From an uncultured Actinomycetota bacterium (GTDB taxonomy: Bacteria > Actinomycetota > Actinomycetes > Mycobacteriales > Mycobacteriaceae), in contig CAVUSK010000012.1 in the NCBI GenBank assembly GCA_963744085.1, positions 36,248-100,247 of the forward strand: 64,000 nucleotides of DNA, given 5' to 3'. The stretch's first letter is position 1. Each line of letters starts with the position of its first letter. Made by a program: the position numbers and the translations under genes. Of the stretch, positions 22,008-31,775 are shown one piece after another. The notes beneath the pieces are model-generated. The model ran no database searches. It was given only the letters and a program-made list of their open reading frames with translations, and was not told where the DNA came from.

Positions 22008-23776
22008 TCTCCCCAAGGTCCCTGGGACACCTCATCGCTGAATTCCGATGGGCTTTGCTCGGTGTGGCTACTATCATCGCGATTGCGCTTGGCTGGGTGG
22101 GATACACCGAGCACTTAAACGAGTTGTACGTCGAGGGAACACTTACGCATCCCCCTCAGGCGACCGACATCGCCTACGACACCTTCAAGCTATTCCTCCT
22201 GGGGTCGCCAGATAGGACCGGGCTACCGGTGACGATCGAGATTGCTCGCATCCTCGCGCCAATCGTGGCCGGTTGGGCCGCGCTGAGCGGGCTGGCTTTG
22301 CTGTTTCACGACCGCGTGCAACAGCTACGCATCCCGCTGATGCGGGGTCACGTCGTAGTCTGCGGGTTGGGCTACGTCGGCAGGGTGTTCCTTGACCACC
22401 TTCGACAGGCCGGCCGCCGGGTAGTCGTCATTGAGTCAGACCCCGCGAATCCGTCCCTAGAGCTATGCCGCAGTTGGAACGTCCCGGTCATAGTGGGCGA
22501 TGCAAGGCAAGATCGGACGCTGCGTGAGGCCGGGGTGCAGCGTGCGGCCCAACTCCTCGCGGTATGCCCGAACGACGCGGTGAACACCGAGATTGTTGCC
22601 ATCGCTCGGCGACTTCCGACCGGCCGCCGAAGCGGTGGGCTGCGATGTCTGGCTCGAATCGGTAACCCAGAGCTGTGCGCGTTGTTGCGGGTCCAAGAGG
22701 CCAACTATTCGGATGGTGCCTTATCGTCACTGGACTTCTTCAACCTTGACGAGCTCAGCGCGCGGTTGTGCCTCGACGAGTACCCGATCGAGGCCGAACG
22801 CGGCCAGCCGCACCTCCTCGTTAGTCGCTTTGATGGGCTGGCAACGTGGCTAGTGAAGCACGCAGCGTGGGGCTGGTATTCCGACCGCGCCGACGACACC
22901 CCACTATGGATCACGGTTGTCGACGACCTGGCCGCAGAGCGCGTTCGGGGGCTTCTCGACCAATACCCGGCACTTGAGCCGGTGTGTCAGTTCACTTACT
23001 CTTCGACACGCGTCCGTGATCTGCACCGACTCGAAGCGGTGTACGCCGACGCGGGAGCGCCACCGATAACGTGCGCCTATGTGAGCGCATACCGCGATGA
23101 AGACGCGATCGAGGCCGCGCTCGCGTTGCGCCATGAACTCGATTCGGCCGTCCCGATGGTCCTCGCGTTGTCGCGGGCGCAAGGGGTTGCCCGGCTCATC
23201 ACCGACGCTACTGCCAGCGGCGAGCTGACGAACGTTAACGTATTCCCGACGCTGGAGCGCACGTGCACGGCCGAGCTTGTCCTGGGCGGCTCGTTCGAAA
23301 GGATCGCAGTCGCCATCCACCGCCGCTGGTGCGCTGGGCAACTCGCCGCCGGCAAGGAGGCGCCGTCTTGGTCCGAGCTGGACGAGTCGCGCAAGGAGTC
23401 CAGCCGTGCTCAAGCTCGCGACATACCAGCCAAGTTGCGCAGCATCGGGTGCACCATCGCGCCTCTGCATGACATAAGCGCACCAGCGTTCGAATTCACC
23501 GACGACGAATTCGAGACACTCGCGATCGCCGAGCACAAACGTTGGGTAACCGAACGACTCAAGTCCGGCTGGCGGCTGGGGCCCAAAGACATTGAGCGGA
23601 AGACGTCGCCGTATCTGATTCCGTTCGAGGAGCTGCCGGGCGACATCGCCGACGCCGATCGCGACACGGTGCGTCAGATTCCCGATGCGCTCGCCTTACT
23701 CGATCTGAAAGTCATCCGGTCCGCCACGGGCTCGGCCCGCGTCGGGCAGCCGACGCTCGTCGGCGGTGACCGGTAG
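22004..23776 (+). CDS. Membrane protein: 2 TM + putative pore helix, RCK/TrkA_N nucleotide-binding domain, C-terminal RyR domain
   Basis: TM1 RWALLGVATIIAIALGWVGY; helix DIAYDTFKLFLLG; TM2; HVVVCGLGYVG and VIVGDAR; RyR-type AIHRRW, WSELDESRKESSR, LAIAEHKRW, GWRLG, SPYLIPFEEL. Confidence 0.85.
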   Translation: MISPRSLGHLIAEFRWALLGVATIIAIALGWVGYTEHLNELYVEGTLTHPPQATDIAYDTFKLFLLGSPDRTGLPVTIEIARILAPIVAGWAALSGLALLFHDRVQQLRIPLMRGHVVVCGLGYVGRVFLDHLRQAGRRVVVIESDPANPSLELCRSWNVPVIVGDARQDRTLREAGVQRAAQLLAVCPNDAVNTEIVAIARRLPTGRRSGGLRCLARIGNPELCALLRVQEANYSDGALSSLDFFNLDELSARLCLDEYPIEAERGQPHLLVSRFDGLATWLVKHAAWGWYSDRADDTPLWITVVDDLAAERVRGLLDQYPALEPVCQFTYSSTRVRDLHRLEAVYADAGAPPITCAYVSAYRDEDAIEAALALRHELDSAVPMVLALSRAQGVARLITDATASGELTNVNVFPTLERTCTAELVLGGSFERIAVAIHRRWCAGQLAAGKEAPSWSELDESRKESSRAQARDIPAKLRSIGCTIAPLHDISAPAFEFTDDEFETLAIAEHKRWVTERLKSGWRLGPKDIERKTSPYLIPFEELPGDIADADRDTVRQIPDALALLDLKVIRSATGSARVGQPTLVGGDR

Positions 23777-23822
23777 GCGACGCGCTAATCGTTTGCGTTG
23801 ACCCGACACTGCCGGATCGCCC

Positions 23823-25440
23823 TCAACGGATCCAAGCCGGCGGCGCGAGCTTCAGATCCTCAACGAGCAGCGCTTCCACGGTCTGAAGCGCTCCCTCGAC
23901 CCAGCCTTGATCGGTAGACCAGGCTTCACCGATGATATGCAACGCTGTGCCCGGCAGCGGCGTCCGCACCGCGGGCATGATTTCCCAGCTCTTCACGCCC
24001 TGCTTCCATGTGTGCCAGCCAGACACGTACGGTTCGCCACCCCAGTTGATGAAGCCGGCGGACGAGATCGCCGGCGTGTCCTTCAGGTCGTGCACAGTGA
24101 CGATCTGGCGGACCAGCTCAGTGGCCATCGGTCCTTTCGGATCGAGCATGGTCAAGCCGGTGGCGTTTGGCTGCTCCATGTTGCGTAAACCGGACCAGAA
24201 GTCGATCGCCGGCTCGTCGAAATAGGCCATCGTTGTGGCTCCAGACGATCCGTTCAGGCGGCCCGGCTCCGTGCCGAAATAATAGAGCTGCCGTGCCGGC
24301 AGATCGGTCACCGCGCGGCCGCTTGACAGCCCGAGCGAGCGCCACCAAGGCTCGGTGTGCGCGACGAAAGCCTTCGCCAGCGGCCTAGCCGTGATTGTGG
24401 CCAACAAACCCGCCGTGGCGGGCGCCTTCAAGGCGGGGCAGTCGGGAATGCGATCGATCGCTTGCTGCGGCATTGCGAGGATCACGCGCCGACTTTTCAC
24501 GCTGCGATTCCCCTCCGCCGTTGCGAAGACGAGCTCATGAGAGCCACCGACTTCTGGCGCCACCCGGAGTGACTCGAGACGATGCCGTCGGTTCACTGCG
24601 GTGCCCTTGCGTTGCAGCGCGGCGGCAAGCTCGTCGGGAAGTGCTGACATTCCCTTGGCGAGAGTCTTGTACTCAGGGTTGTTCGCGAAGTCGGCGAGAA
24701 GCCACGGCAACGCCTCAGCCGCATTCCATTCGCGGGGAATAGAGCAGTAACCGCCACCGTCGTCGACCAGCATCACCGCCTCGTAGGACAGATAGCGGTT
24801 CAAGAATTCCCAGAAGCCCCGGTCGCTGAGGGGTAATCCGTCGAGCGTCAGTTGTCGCTTGACGGTGTTCCATTTTTCAAGCCCGAGCGTTTCTGCGTCG
24901 GGCACGAGATCGCGAATCGCTCTGACCATCAGCGCGGTCGGGTCGTCGCCGACCTCGTTGTTGTTGAGCGCGTAGGGAATTGCGCTCGGGCGCGCGTAGT
25001 CGGCTGTGGTGAAGCGCTTGCCTCGAAGGTAGACGAGATTTTCCGGGCCGCCCATCGGAAACGACCGAACACCGATGCCGAGATGTTGCACTAGCGAGGC
25101 GATGATCCGCTGGCTGGTGAGGAAGCGCATACCACCGAACTCCGCCACGAGGCCATTTGTGCCGGGCATGCTCACGCTCAAGAGCCGGCCTCCGATCCGA
25201 TCGGTCGCCTCGAAGACTGCGATCCGATCGGGCGGAACGTGCCGTCGGCCAGGCGCCAGGCTGCATAGAGTCCCGCGATGCCACCGCCGATCACTACAGT
25301 GTCGAGCGTCCCATCGCCTGGCTTTCGAACCCGCAGGCGGCGCCGGCGACGCCCAGCATTGCGACATTCGAGGCGGCCGCGCCGATAAAACGACGGCGGG
25401 TGAGGACGCGACTCGTGTCGCCAGCCTGCAGTTCGGCCAC
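23823..25440 (-). pseudogene. Tat-exported (probably lipoprotein) flavin amine/L-amino-acid oxidase with two N-terminal frameshifts
   Basis: RBS gaggaa + GTG at 25440; TRRRFIG twin-arginine motif and GAAC; second frame DTVVIGGGIAGLYAAWRL; main frame FEATDRIGGR, AEFGGMRF, IIGEAWSTDQGWVEGALQT. Confidence 0.8.
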
Positions 25441-25556
25441 GGTTGTTTTCCTCGATCGACGGCCCCGGTGATCATCATGACCGCGGCGCCGGTTTGGCGG
25501 GCCAAGTTGACTGCATCAAGCCGTACTTGCCAAACGCATCGCCCGGATCGCCCGCC

Positions 25557-28500
25557 CTAGTCGGGTGGGACTGGCAAATCGGGACAGACCTTGATGTAGT
25601 CGATGTCCGGCGACACCCACTCATCCCACTGCTTGTGGCTCATGTTCGCAGTGAGCTTGTCGCACAGATCTTTTGGACTTGCAACCGCCGGCCAGACCCG
25701 GACGGTACGGTCCGCGCTCCCCGAAACGATGCGCTGGCCATCGGGACTGTACGCAACACTATCGACGTCGTCGGTGTGCGCGGTCAACGCATCACCAGCC
25801 TGTTGGCCGGACTCGACGTCCCACAACCGGATGGTTTCGTCGCGACTCGCGGAAGCGATCGTGCGGCCGTCCGGGCTGAACGCCAGCCCAACGACCGTGT
25901 CCTCATGGCCTTTCAGTGGCTTGCCGATTTTTTCAAGCCCGGCCGCATCCAACACCTGAATGACACCGTCGGCGCCGGCGGCTGCGACGCGGCGTGAGTC
26001 GGGGCTGAAGGTTACGGCCCATACAACTACTTCCGCGTCGCCGATCGTGACTGCCCGTATCAATTGACCTGTGTTGGCGTCCCACAACCTCACACTGCCG
26101 TTGTTGGCGCCCTCCATGCCGCCAGAGACGATGCGGTTCCCGTCGGGACTGAACGCAACACTGTGTACCAATTCGCCGTGGATCAGCGGCGCACCAATGG
26201 GAGTGCCCCTTTCGACATCCCACAACCGGACGGTGTTTCCACCGCCGATTACCAGACGGCGTCCATCGGGGCTGAACGCCACACTGGTCAGTGGCCCCTG
26301 CCCGGGACTGATCGGTGCACCAAGGGGCGTGCCGGTGTTCGCGTCCCATATCCGGACGGTGCCATCGGCGCCAGCGGTGGCGAGACGCCGTCCGTGCGGG
26401 CTGAAAACGACGCTGGACAGCGGCTGGCCGCTGCCCATGAGCGGCTTGCCAATCGGGTGGCCGTTGTCTGCGTTCCACAAGCGCGCAGTGCCGCCATCAC
26501 CCGCCGAAGCGATGCGATGCCCGTCAGGGCTCACCGCCACACTCGACACTCCTCCGATGTGGCCAAAGAGAGGCCGACGTATGCCGACATCCCACAACCG
26601 GATCATCCCGTCCTGCGATCCCGACAGTAGGCGGGTTCCGTCGGGACTGAACGACAACGTCCACACCGCGCTCTTGTGGCCCAGCATGGGGGGACCGAGC
26701 ATCTGTCTGGTGTCGACATCCCACAGCCGCACCGCGCCGTCACCACTTCCGTCAGCAAGCCGGTGGCTGTCGGGGCTGAACGCCACGCTGAGCACCTGGG
26801 TTCCGTGACCGGCCAGGGGCTCGCCGATCGGCTGGCCAGTTTCGGCGTCCCACAGCTGCACGTCCCCGTCGCCACTCGCCGAGGCGAATTGGCGGCCATC
26901 GGGGCTGAACGCCACGTCGAACACGTCGACCACTTCGCCCTCGTGAACCCTGTGCGGAGGACCGATCTGCTGGCCGGTGCTGACGTCCCACAAGCGCACC
27001 GTCCCGTCGGAGCTGCCACTGACGAGGCGCCGTCCGTCGGGGCTGAATTCCACGGTGTGGACCCTGCCGGGATGTCTCAGTGGTTGGCCGATGGGTTGGC
27101 CGGTGTTGGCGTTCCACAGCCGCACAGTGGTGTCGATGCTGCCGGAGGCGATCATGAGCCCGTCCGGGCTGAACGCCACCGCCCACACCTCGTCTTGATG
27201 GCCTGTCATCGGCGGGCCGATCGGGTCTCCGGTGTCCGCGTTCCAGAGCCGTACGGTGCGATCGTCACTTACGGATGCGATCCGGTGCCCGTCGGGACTG
27301 AACACCGCGTCGTTAACCCAATCAGCATGTCCGATCATGTCGTGGCCGACTTGTTGGCCGGTCTCAGTGTCCCACAAGCGCAACCGTCCATCATCGCCTC
27401 CAGTGACGAAGCGGCGACCTTGAGGGCTGAAGACGGTAGCAGGGCTGAAGACGGCACCGAAGATCGCCCTCGACGTGTCGATGAGCTTGAGGGTGTTGAA
27501 GGTCCTGACCGCGACGGAGTACAGATCTTGCTCAAAAGTCCTCGGAGAGAGTGCGTTCGCGGCAAGTAATTCCTGCAAGGCCCTGGCATCACTGCCCGGC
27601 CTACTGCTATCCAAGATGCCGTTCGACTCGGAGACCAGCCGCACGCTCGTCGCCTGACGGAACCGTTCTTGCGCCTGACCACGAGCGCTCATCGCGAAGC
27701 CGAATCCAACCACGGCGGCCACAGCGACTACCGCTGTAATTGCAAGAACAGTACGCATAATCCGCGATCGCTTGCGCAAGTCGGTCGCATGCGCTTCGGC
27801 AACTGCTTGCCGTTCTTGCGCATTGCGTAATTCGGCATCCCGACGTTCTTCTTCCGCCTTTGCCCGCTCGTTCTCGCATTGTCGAGACGCGTCGAGGTAT
27901 TCGCGAACAGGATTCATACGTTGGGTGAAAGTGGTTGAGCCCACAACATTTTCGGCATCGGCAAGACGGGAACCAGTGAGGAGCCACGCCGGGTCTTTGC
28001 TGTTGCTTCTCCACGCCGCGTCGGCACGCTCGACGTCATCGGCCACCTGGAGTTCATGGCGTTGCTCGCGAAGCCAGTCTGCCACCTCATCCCACTGGCG
28101 CAGCAGGCTTTCCAGGGCGACCTCGACCACTACTTGGCCGTCGCGCTGGTCCTTAATCAACAGCCGCTTGGCGACCATTGCGTCGATCAACGGTCTACTT
28201 TCCTCGGGTAGGTCGTCATACCGGGCCATCCGACGCATCGGCTGGTCATTATCCGGGTTCACTGTGGCGAGCCAGGGAATGAAAGCCGCCCGCAGACAGT
28301 CAAGTTGGTGGCGCCGTTGGTCCGGATCGGTCGCAAGAACCTCATTGATCTCCGTCTCGACGACACGGCGCATTCCACCCATCGCCTCGTACTGCTCGAC
28401 GGTCAACTCACCCGTCGAGCCGTAGTCGGTGTACAGTCGTGCCAGCGTCAACGACAGCATCGGCAGTGTGTCGGCACCCTCGGCGGCGTCAACGAGAAGC

Positions 28501-29771
28501 CGCTCCACCAAGTCTGGTGAAATTGCGAGGCGGTGGCCACCTTCGCTCGCACGAGCCGCCGGGCCCGTAATCACCTCCTTGAACTGCGTCGAGGGCATTG
28601 GCTTGAGGTCATCGAAAACTCTTGCCTCCACACCAGCCAGTTCGGGATGTGTCTGCATGACCTCATACCGGTCAGTCCGAATGGTGGCCACCACGATCAG
28701 GTTCAGCGGTTGGAGGTCGATTCGTGCCGTCAGCAATCGAATCAGCGACAACAGTTCCGTCCCTTGGGCTCCCGCGTCAGCGGAGAACAATTCCTCGGCT
28801 TGGTCCAAGGGCAGTATCAACGTCGGAGGGGCCGGTTTTTCATCATCGCGAACCGGATCCGGTAACCGATCCGCCGCTGTCTTCTGGATTTCGATCAGCA
28901 ACTCGCGCAGCCGCGCGATGTCGCCCTTGCATGCGGTCTTGATTTCGCCGAGGCTTGGTGCTGATAGGCCCAGCCTGTCTCGAGCATGCCAAATGGCCGC
29001 TGCCAGGCCGACATCCCCCGTGAGCGCGTTGCGACCGGGCCGGACGATGCCCAACAATGCGAAACGTCGATCTTCGCGGGCCAGGCGCGGCAGGATACCC
29101 GCGCGAAGAAACGACGACTTACCTGTGCCCGACGGACCCAACACGACGAACAGCGACTTCGTTTCAGCCAGCCTCATGCCGCGTAGCTCATCCAGCCCGT
29201 GCACGATTGCCGCATCCCGGCCAAAGAACACGGCGGCATCGACCTGTTCGAATGGCTCCCAGCCGCGATATGGAGCCCGACCCAGGTCGCCCGGCGGCGG
29301 CCATGCGAACGAATGCGCGCTGATGCCGGTCCCGCGAATGGCGTCTCGTAACCGGTACAAGCCAGCGGTGGCAAACATCACCGGTGGTCCGCTGGGCAGA
29401 TCGATCGAGGTCATGTCACCCTCGCCGAACAGGTCGCACCGCTGCCACTCCGACGTCAAGTCATCCCCGGCCGAACGTTCGAGGCGGGCACACAAAATCT
29501 GCTTGTTCAGATTCTCCGCAACGCGGTATTCGGTCTTGCACTCATGGGACATTTCCCAATTCCTTGACAGGAGGCAGACCACGACTTCACATTTGGCACT
29601 CGCCTGCTGCAGTCTGTCCTTCCATCGCTCTCCCGGTCGGAGCCCCACTTCAGGATCGATGTCGAGGAATATCTCAGTCGCCAGCGGAGGCTCCTGTTCG
29701 ACCAGCCAGCGTTTTAAGGCCAACGCCTCGCGCTCGTCGAGACTCGAATGGCTGAGGAAAATTCGCGACAT
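25557..29771 (-). CDS. TIR - STAND NTPase (nSTAND1-like) - TM helix - 14 WD40 repeats
   Basis: TIR IFLSHSS...IFLD...VVVCLLSRNW...CKTEY; Walker A VVLGPSGTGKSSFLRAG; Walker B LILPLDQAEELF; LPMLSLTLARLY; VEVALESLLRQW; TM VLAITAVVAVAAVVGFGF; 14 SPDG...LW repeats. Confidence 0.93.
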   Translation of the reverse strand: MSRIFLSHSSLDEREALALKRWLVEQEPPLATEIFLDIDPEVGLRPGERWKDRLQQASAKCEVVVCLLSRNWEMSHECKTEYRVAENLNKQILCARLERSAGDDLTSEWQRCDLFGEGDMTSIDLPSGPPVMFATAGLYRLRDAIRGTGISAHSFAWPPPGDLGRAPYRGWEPFEQVDAAVFFGRDAAIVHGLDELRGMRLAETKSLFVVLGPSGTGKSSFLRAGILPRLAREDRRFALLGIVRPGRNALTGDVGLAAAIWHARDRLGLSAPSLGEIKTACKGDIARLRELLIEIQKTAADRLPDPVRDDEKPAPPTLILPLDQAEELFSADAGAQGTELLSLIRLLTARIDLQPLNLIVVATIRTDRYEVMQTHPELAGVEARVFDDLKPMPSTQFKEVITGPAARASEGGHRLAISPDLVERLLVDAAEGADTLPMLSLTLARLYTDYGSTGELTVEQYEAMGGMRRVVETEINEVLATDPDQRRHQLDCLRAAFIPWLATVNPDNDQPMRRMARYDDLPEESRPLIDAMVAKRLLIKDQRDGQVVVEVALESLLRQWDEVADWLREQRHELQVADDVERADAAWRSNSKDPAWLLTGSRLADAENVVGSTTFTQRMNPVREYLDASRQCENERAKAEEERRDAELRNAQERQAVAEAHATDLRKRSRIMRTVLAITAVVAVAAVVGFGFAMSARGQAQERFRQATSVRLVSESNGILDSSRPGSDARALQELLAANALSPRTFEQDLYSVAVRTFNTLKLIDTSRAIFGAVFSPATVFSPQGRRFVTGGDDGRLRLWDTETGQQVGHDMIGHADWVNDAVFSPDGHRIASVSDDRTVRLWNADTGDPIGPPMTGHQDEVWAVAFSPDGLMIASGSIDTTVRLWNANTGQPIGQPLRHPGRVHTVEFSPDGRRLVSGSSDGTVRLWDVSTGQQIGPPHRVHEGEVVDVFDVAFSPDGRQFASASGDGDVQLWDAETGQPIGEPLAGHGTQVLSVAFSPDSHRLADGSGDGAVRLWDVDTRQMLGPPMLGHKSAVWTLSFSPDGTRLLSGSQDGMIRLWDVGIRRPLFGHIGGVSSVAVSPDGHRIASAGDGGTARLWNADNGHPIGKPLMGSGQPLSSVVFSPHGRRLATAGADGTVRIWDANTGTPLGAPISPGQGPLTSVAFSPDGRRLVIGGGNTVRLWDVERGTPIGAPLIHGELVHSVAFSPDGNRIVSGGMEGANNGSVRLWDANTGQLIRAVTIGDAEVVVWAVTFSPDSRRVAAAGADGVIQVLDAAGLEKIGKPLKGHEDTVVGLAFSPDGRTIASASRDETIRLWDVESGQQAGDALTAHTDDVDSVAYSPDGQRIVSGSADRTVRVWPAVASPKDLCDKLTANMSHKQWDEWVSPDIDYIKVCPDLPVPPD
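25680..27460 (-). repeat. 14 WD40 coding repeats (double beta-propeller)
   Basis: 14 recurrences of [FVY]SP[DQH][GS]...[LIV]W-type units, also visible as DNA repeats (gggctgaacgcc, tcccacaa). Confidence 0.9.
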
Positions 29772-29968
29772 ATCGTCCTCTTGCGGCCGGTTAGCTCGGA
29801 GGGTAAACCTCTCGTCGAGTTAAAAAGTTGCTTTGCCGTAAATCCTCGGCAGCCTCATAGCCGCAATAACCTCAATCCATGACCTCCGGGCCTGGACCGG
29901 GCGACGCCGCCGCGCCGCATGAGGCGGAGCCACACCACGGTGCGATCGCCAACAAACCGGCAGTCTAT

Positions 29969-30092
29969 GACCAGGCGAAACGGTCAGCCGAATCGGATCA
30001 AACCACCTGTAAGACAGAACTTTTCGCCGCTGCCGGTACGGTTCCGGTACGCCCTCAGTACGGCTACAAATCGGCCCTGGACGCCGGGGTGA
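29969..30092. repeat. Element-end sequence, degenerate direct repeat of 19499-19621, lacking an adjacent att core
   Basis: gaccaggcgaaacggtcagcc...ttccggtacgccctcagtacggctacaaatcg...cgccggggtga. Confidence 0.8.
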
Positions 30093-30221
30093 GAACCGGC
30101 CGCGGCATGTTAGCTAGGGGTGCTCGCGCTGAACGTGGCTGGCCGCAGCCGCAACGCGACTACCATCACCGTCGGAGTCCCTAGCAGCGGCTAAGGCGCG
30201 TTGAGCAGCGACGGAGCAAAG

Positions 30222-31192
30222 ATGTTTCTAAAGGTGAAGGTACCGCCGGATCTAATCGGCGGAGGCGTCGATGAGGGTTTCGGGAAAGTGGCCGACGTCT
30301 TCCGTCGGAATCTGAGCAGCGGTCGGGAGATCGGAGCCGCTGTCGCCGTCTACGTTCACCGCCGCTGACACTCGACGACTTGGCCAACCCGATGCGGATG
30401 TCTGCGAAGCTCGCGGCGCAGCGCCCCGCTTAGGCTCCTGGGACGAGACACGGCTACCACGCGATCACGATCGGCTGGTACGAAAGTGAACTGATCCGCC
30501 GAACCGACTCGGCAGGAAGGTCACTCGGCCAGTTCTTCGCCGACGAGGTAGCCGAGCCACTCGGTTTGGATTTCTACATCGGGTTGCCCGCGTTGGTGGA
30601 CCGCAACCACCTCGCGTACGTCCACGGCATCTCCCTACCGGAGATGGTGTTGCACCTCAATACGTTGCCGCCACGTTTTGCGTTCAGCGTGCTGAGCCCT
30701 CGCAGCCTGTCGGCGCGATCATTCGCCGTTCCCGGTCTGCGCTCCTCCGCCGAAGAGGTTAACCGTGAAGCAGTACAGGCAGTTGAAATGCCCGGCTTCA
30801 ACGGCATGGGTAACGCAAGGGCGGTGGCCAAGCTGTATGGCTCAGTAGCGATAGGTGGCTCCGAACTTGGGATGACCGCCGCAACTCTCGACGCTCTCAT
30901 GATGCCCGCTACGCCGCCAACGGACGGCGTGCGCGACAAGGTATTGCATACCGACACGATCTACCCGCTTGGCTTCGTAAAGCCTTTCCCGAACTGGGTC
31001 TTCGGTTCCTCACAGAAGGCGTTCGGCACCTGTGGCACGGGAGGCTCGTTCGGCTTCGCCGATCCGCATACCGGTATCGGTTTCGCCTACGTGATGAACA
31101 GAATGGGCTTTCACATGTGGAGCGACCCACGCGAACTCGCGCTTCGCCACACCCTCTTTCACGACATCCTCGGCGCGAGACCGCAGAAGTAA
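30222..31192 (+). pseudogene. Serine hydrolase (beta-lactamase-family esterase) with internal deletion and stops
   Basis: GGVDEGFGKVADVFRRNL...IGAAVAVY, then a jump past the SxxK region; GYHAITIGWY; C-terminal AFGTCGTGGSFGFADP...FAYVMN. Confidence 0.8.
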
Positions 31193-31199
31193 CTTGATT

Positions 31200-31340
31200 C
31201 GCACCTCCTGAGCAGGCCGTCGCGTCGTCGAGTTGCTCTGACAGGCAGGCCGGCGCCATTGAGCGCGGATCCGGGATCGGCCCGAGTACCAGCACCGCCG
31301 CACTAGTGGCGCGCAGCTGCTGCACTAGGCGGGTCAAGAC
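31200..31340 (-). pseudogene. Fragment resembling the SGNH domain of acyltransferase-3 proteins
   Basis: RLVQQLRATSAAVLVLGPIPDP...PACLSEQLDDATACS. Confidence 0.45.
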
Positions 31341-31434
31341 GTAGTCCAGTGGGCGTTTGCGCCGGTTTTTGGTCCCTTCAGCCTCGTGTCAGCAAGCCAA
31401 GAATAGGGTCATCTTCCTGGCTATATATGCCACA

Positions 31435-31472
31435 GGGGCGGGCGGGACGCGAAACCCGCGACCAACGGAATA
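31435..31472. repeat. Degenerate att-like copy of the tRNA(CAT) 3' half
   Basis: ggggcgggcgggacgcgaaacccgcgaccaacggaata versus gggcgggcgggactcgaacccgcgaccaacggatta. Confidence 0.8.
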
Positions 31473-31775
31473 CCAAACGGCAGACTGCGGTGATTCGCGT
31501 GGATGACCGCATCTCTTGTGGAGCAGGCATATTCGCTTCTCAACGGCTCGGTTCGAACTGGCCAATTCCCCGCGATCCCCGCTCGTATTCGAGGAATATG
31601 CGATGAGCAGTTTGGGGGCTCGAACCTGACCTCACGCTGCCACGAGCGGGCGGAATGGTGAACAACACCCCGGCGTTAGTCTGAAAAAGCAGCGTTGCCA
31701 GTTCGGTGGCGTGTCTTCGTGCCGACGCTCCCAGGTCGGCGCGTGACGACCATGAGGATTTCGGAGGGCACGAGG

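Noticed and set aside
22004-23776. Ordinary TrkA potassium-uptake subunit
   Set aside because: Has its own TM segments and an RyR domain, with no trkH/ktrB partner nearby
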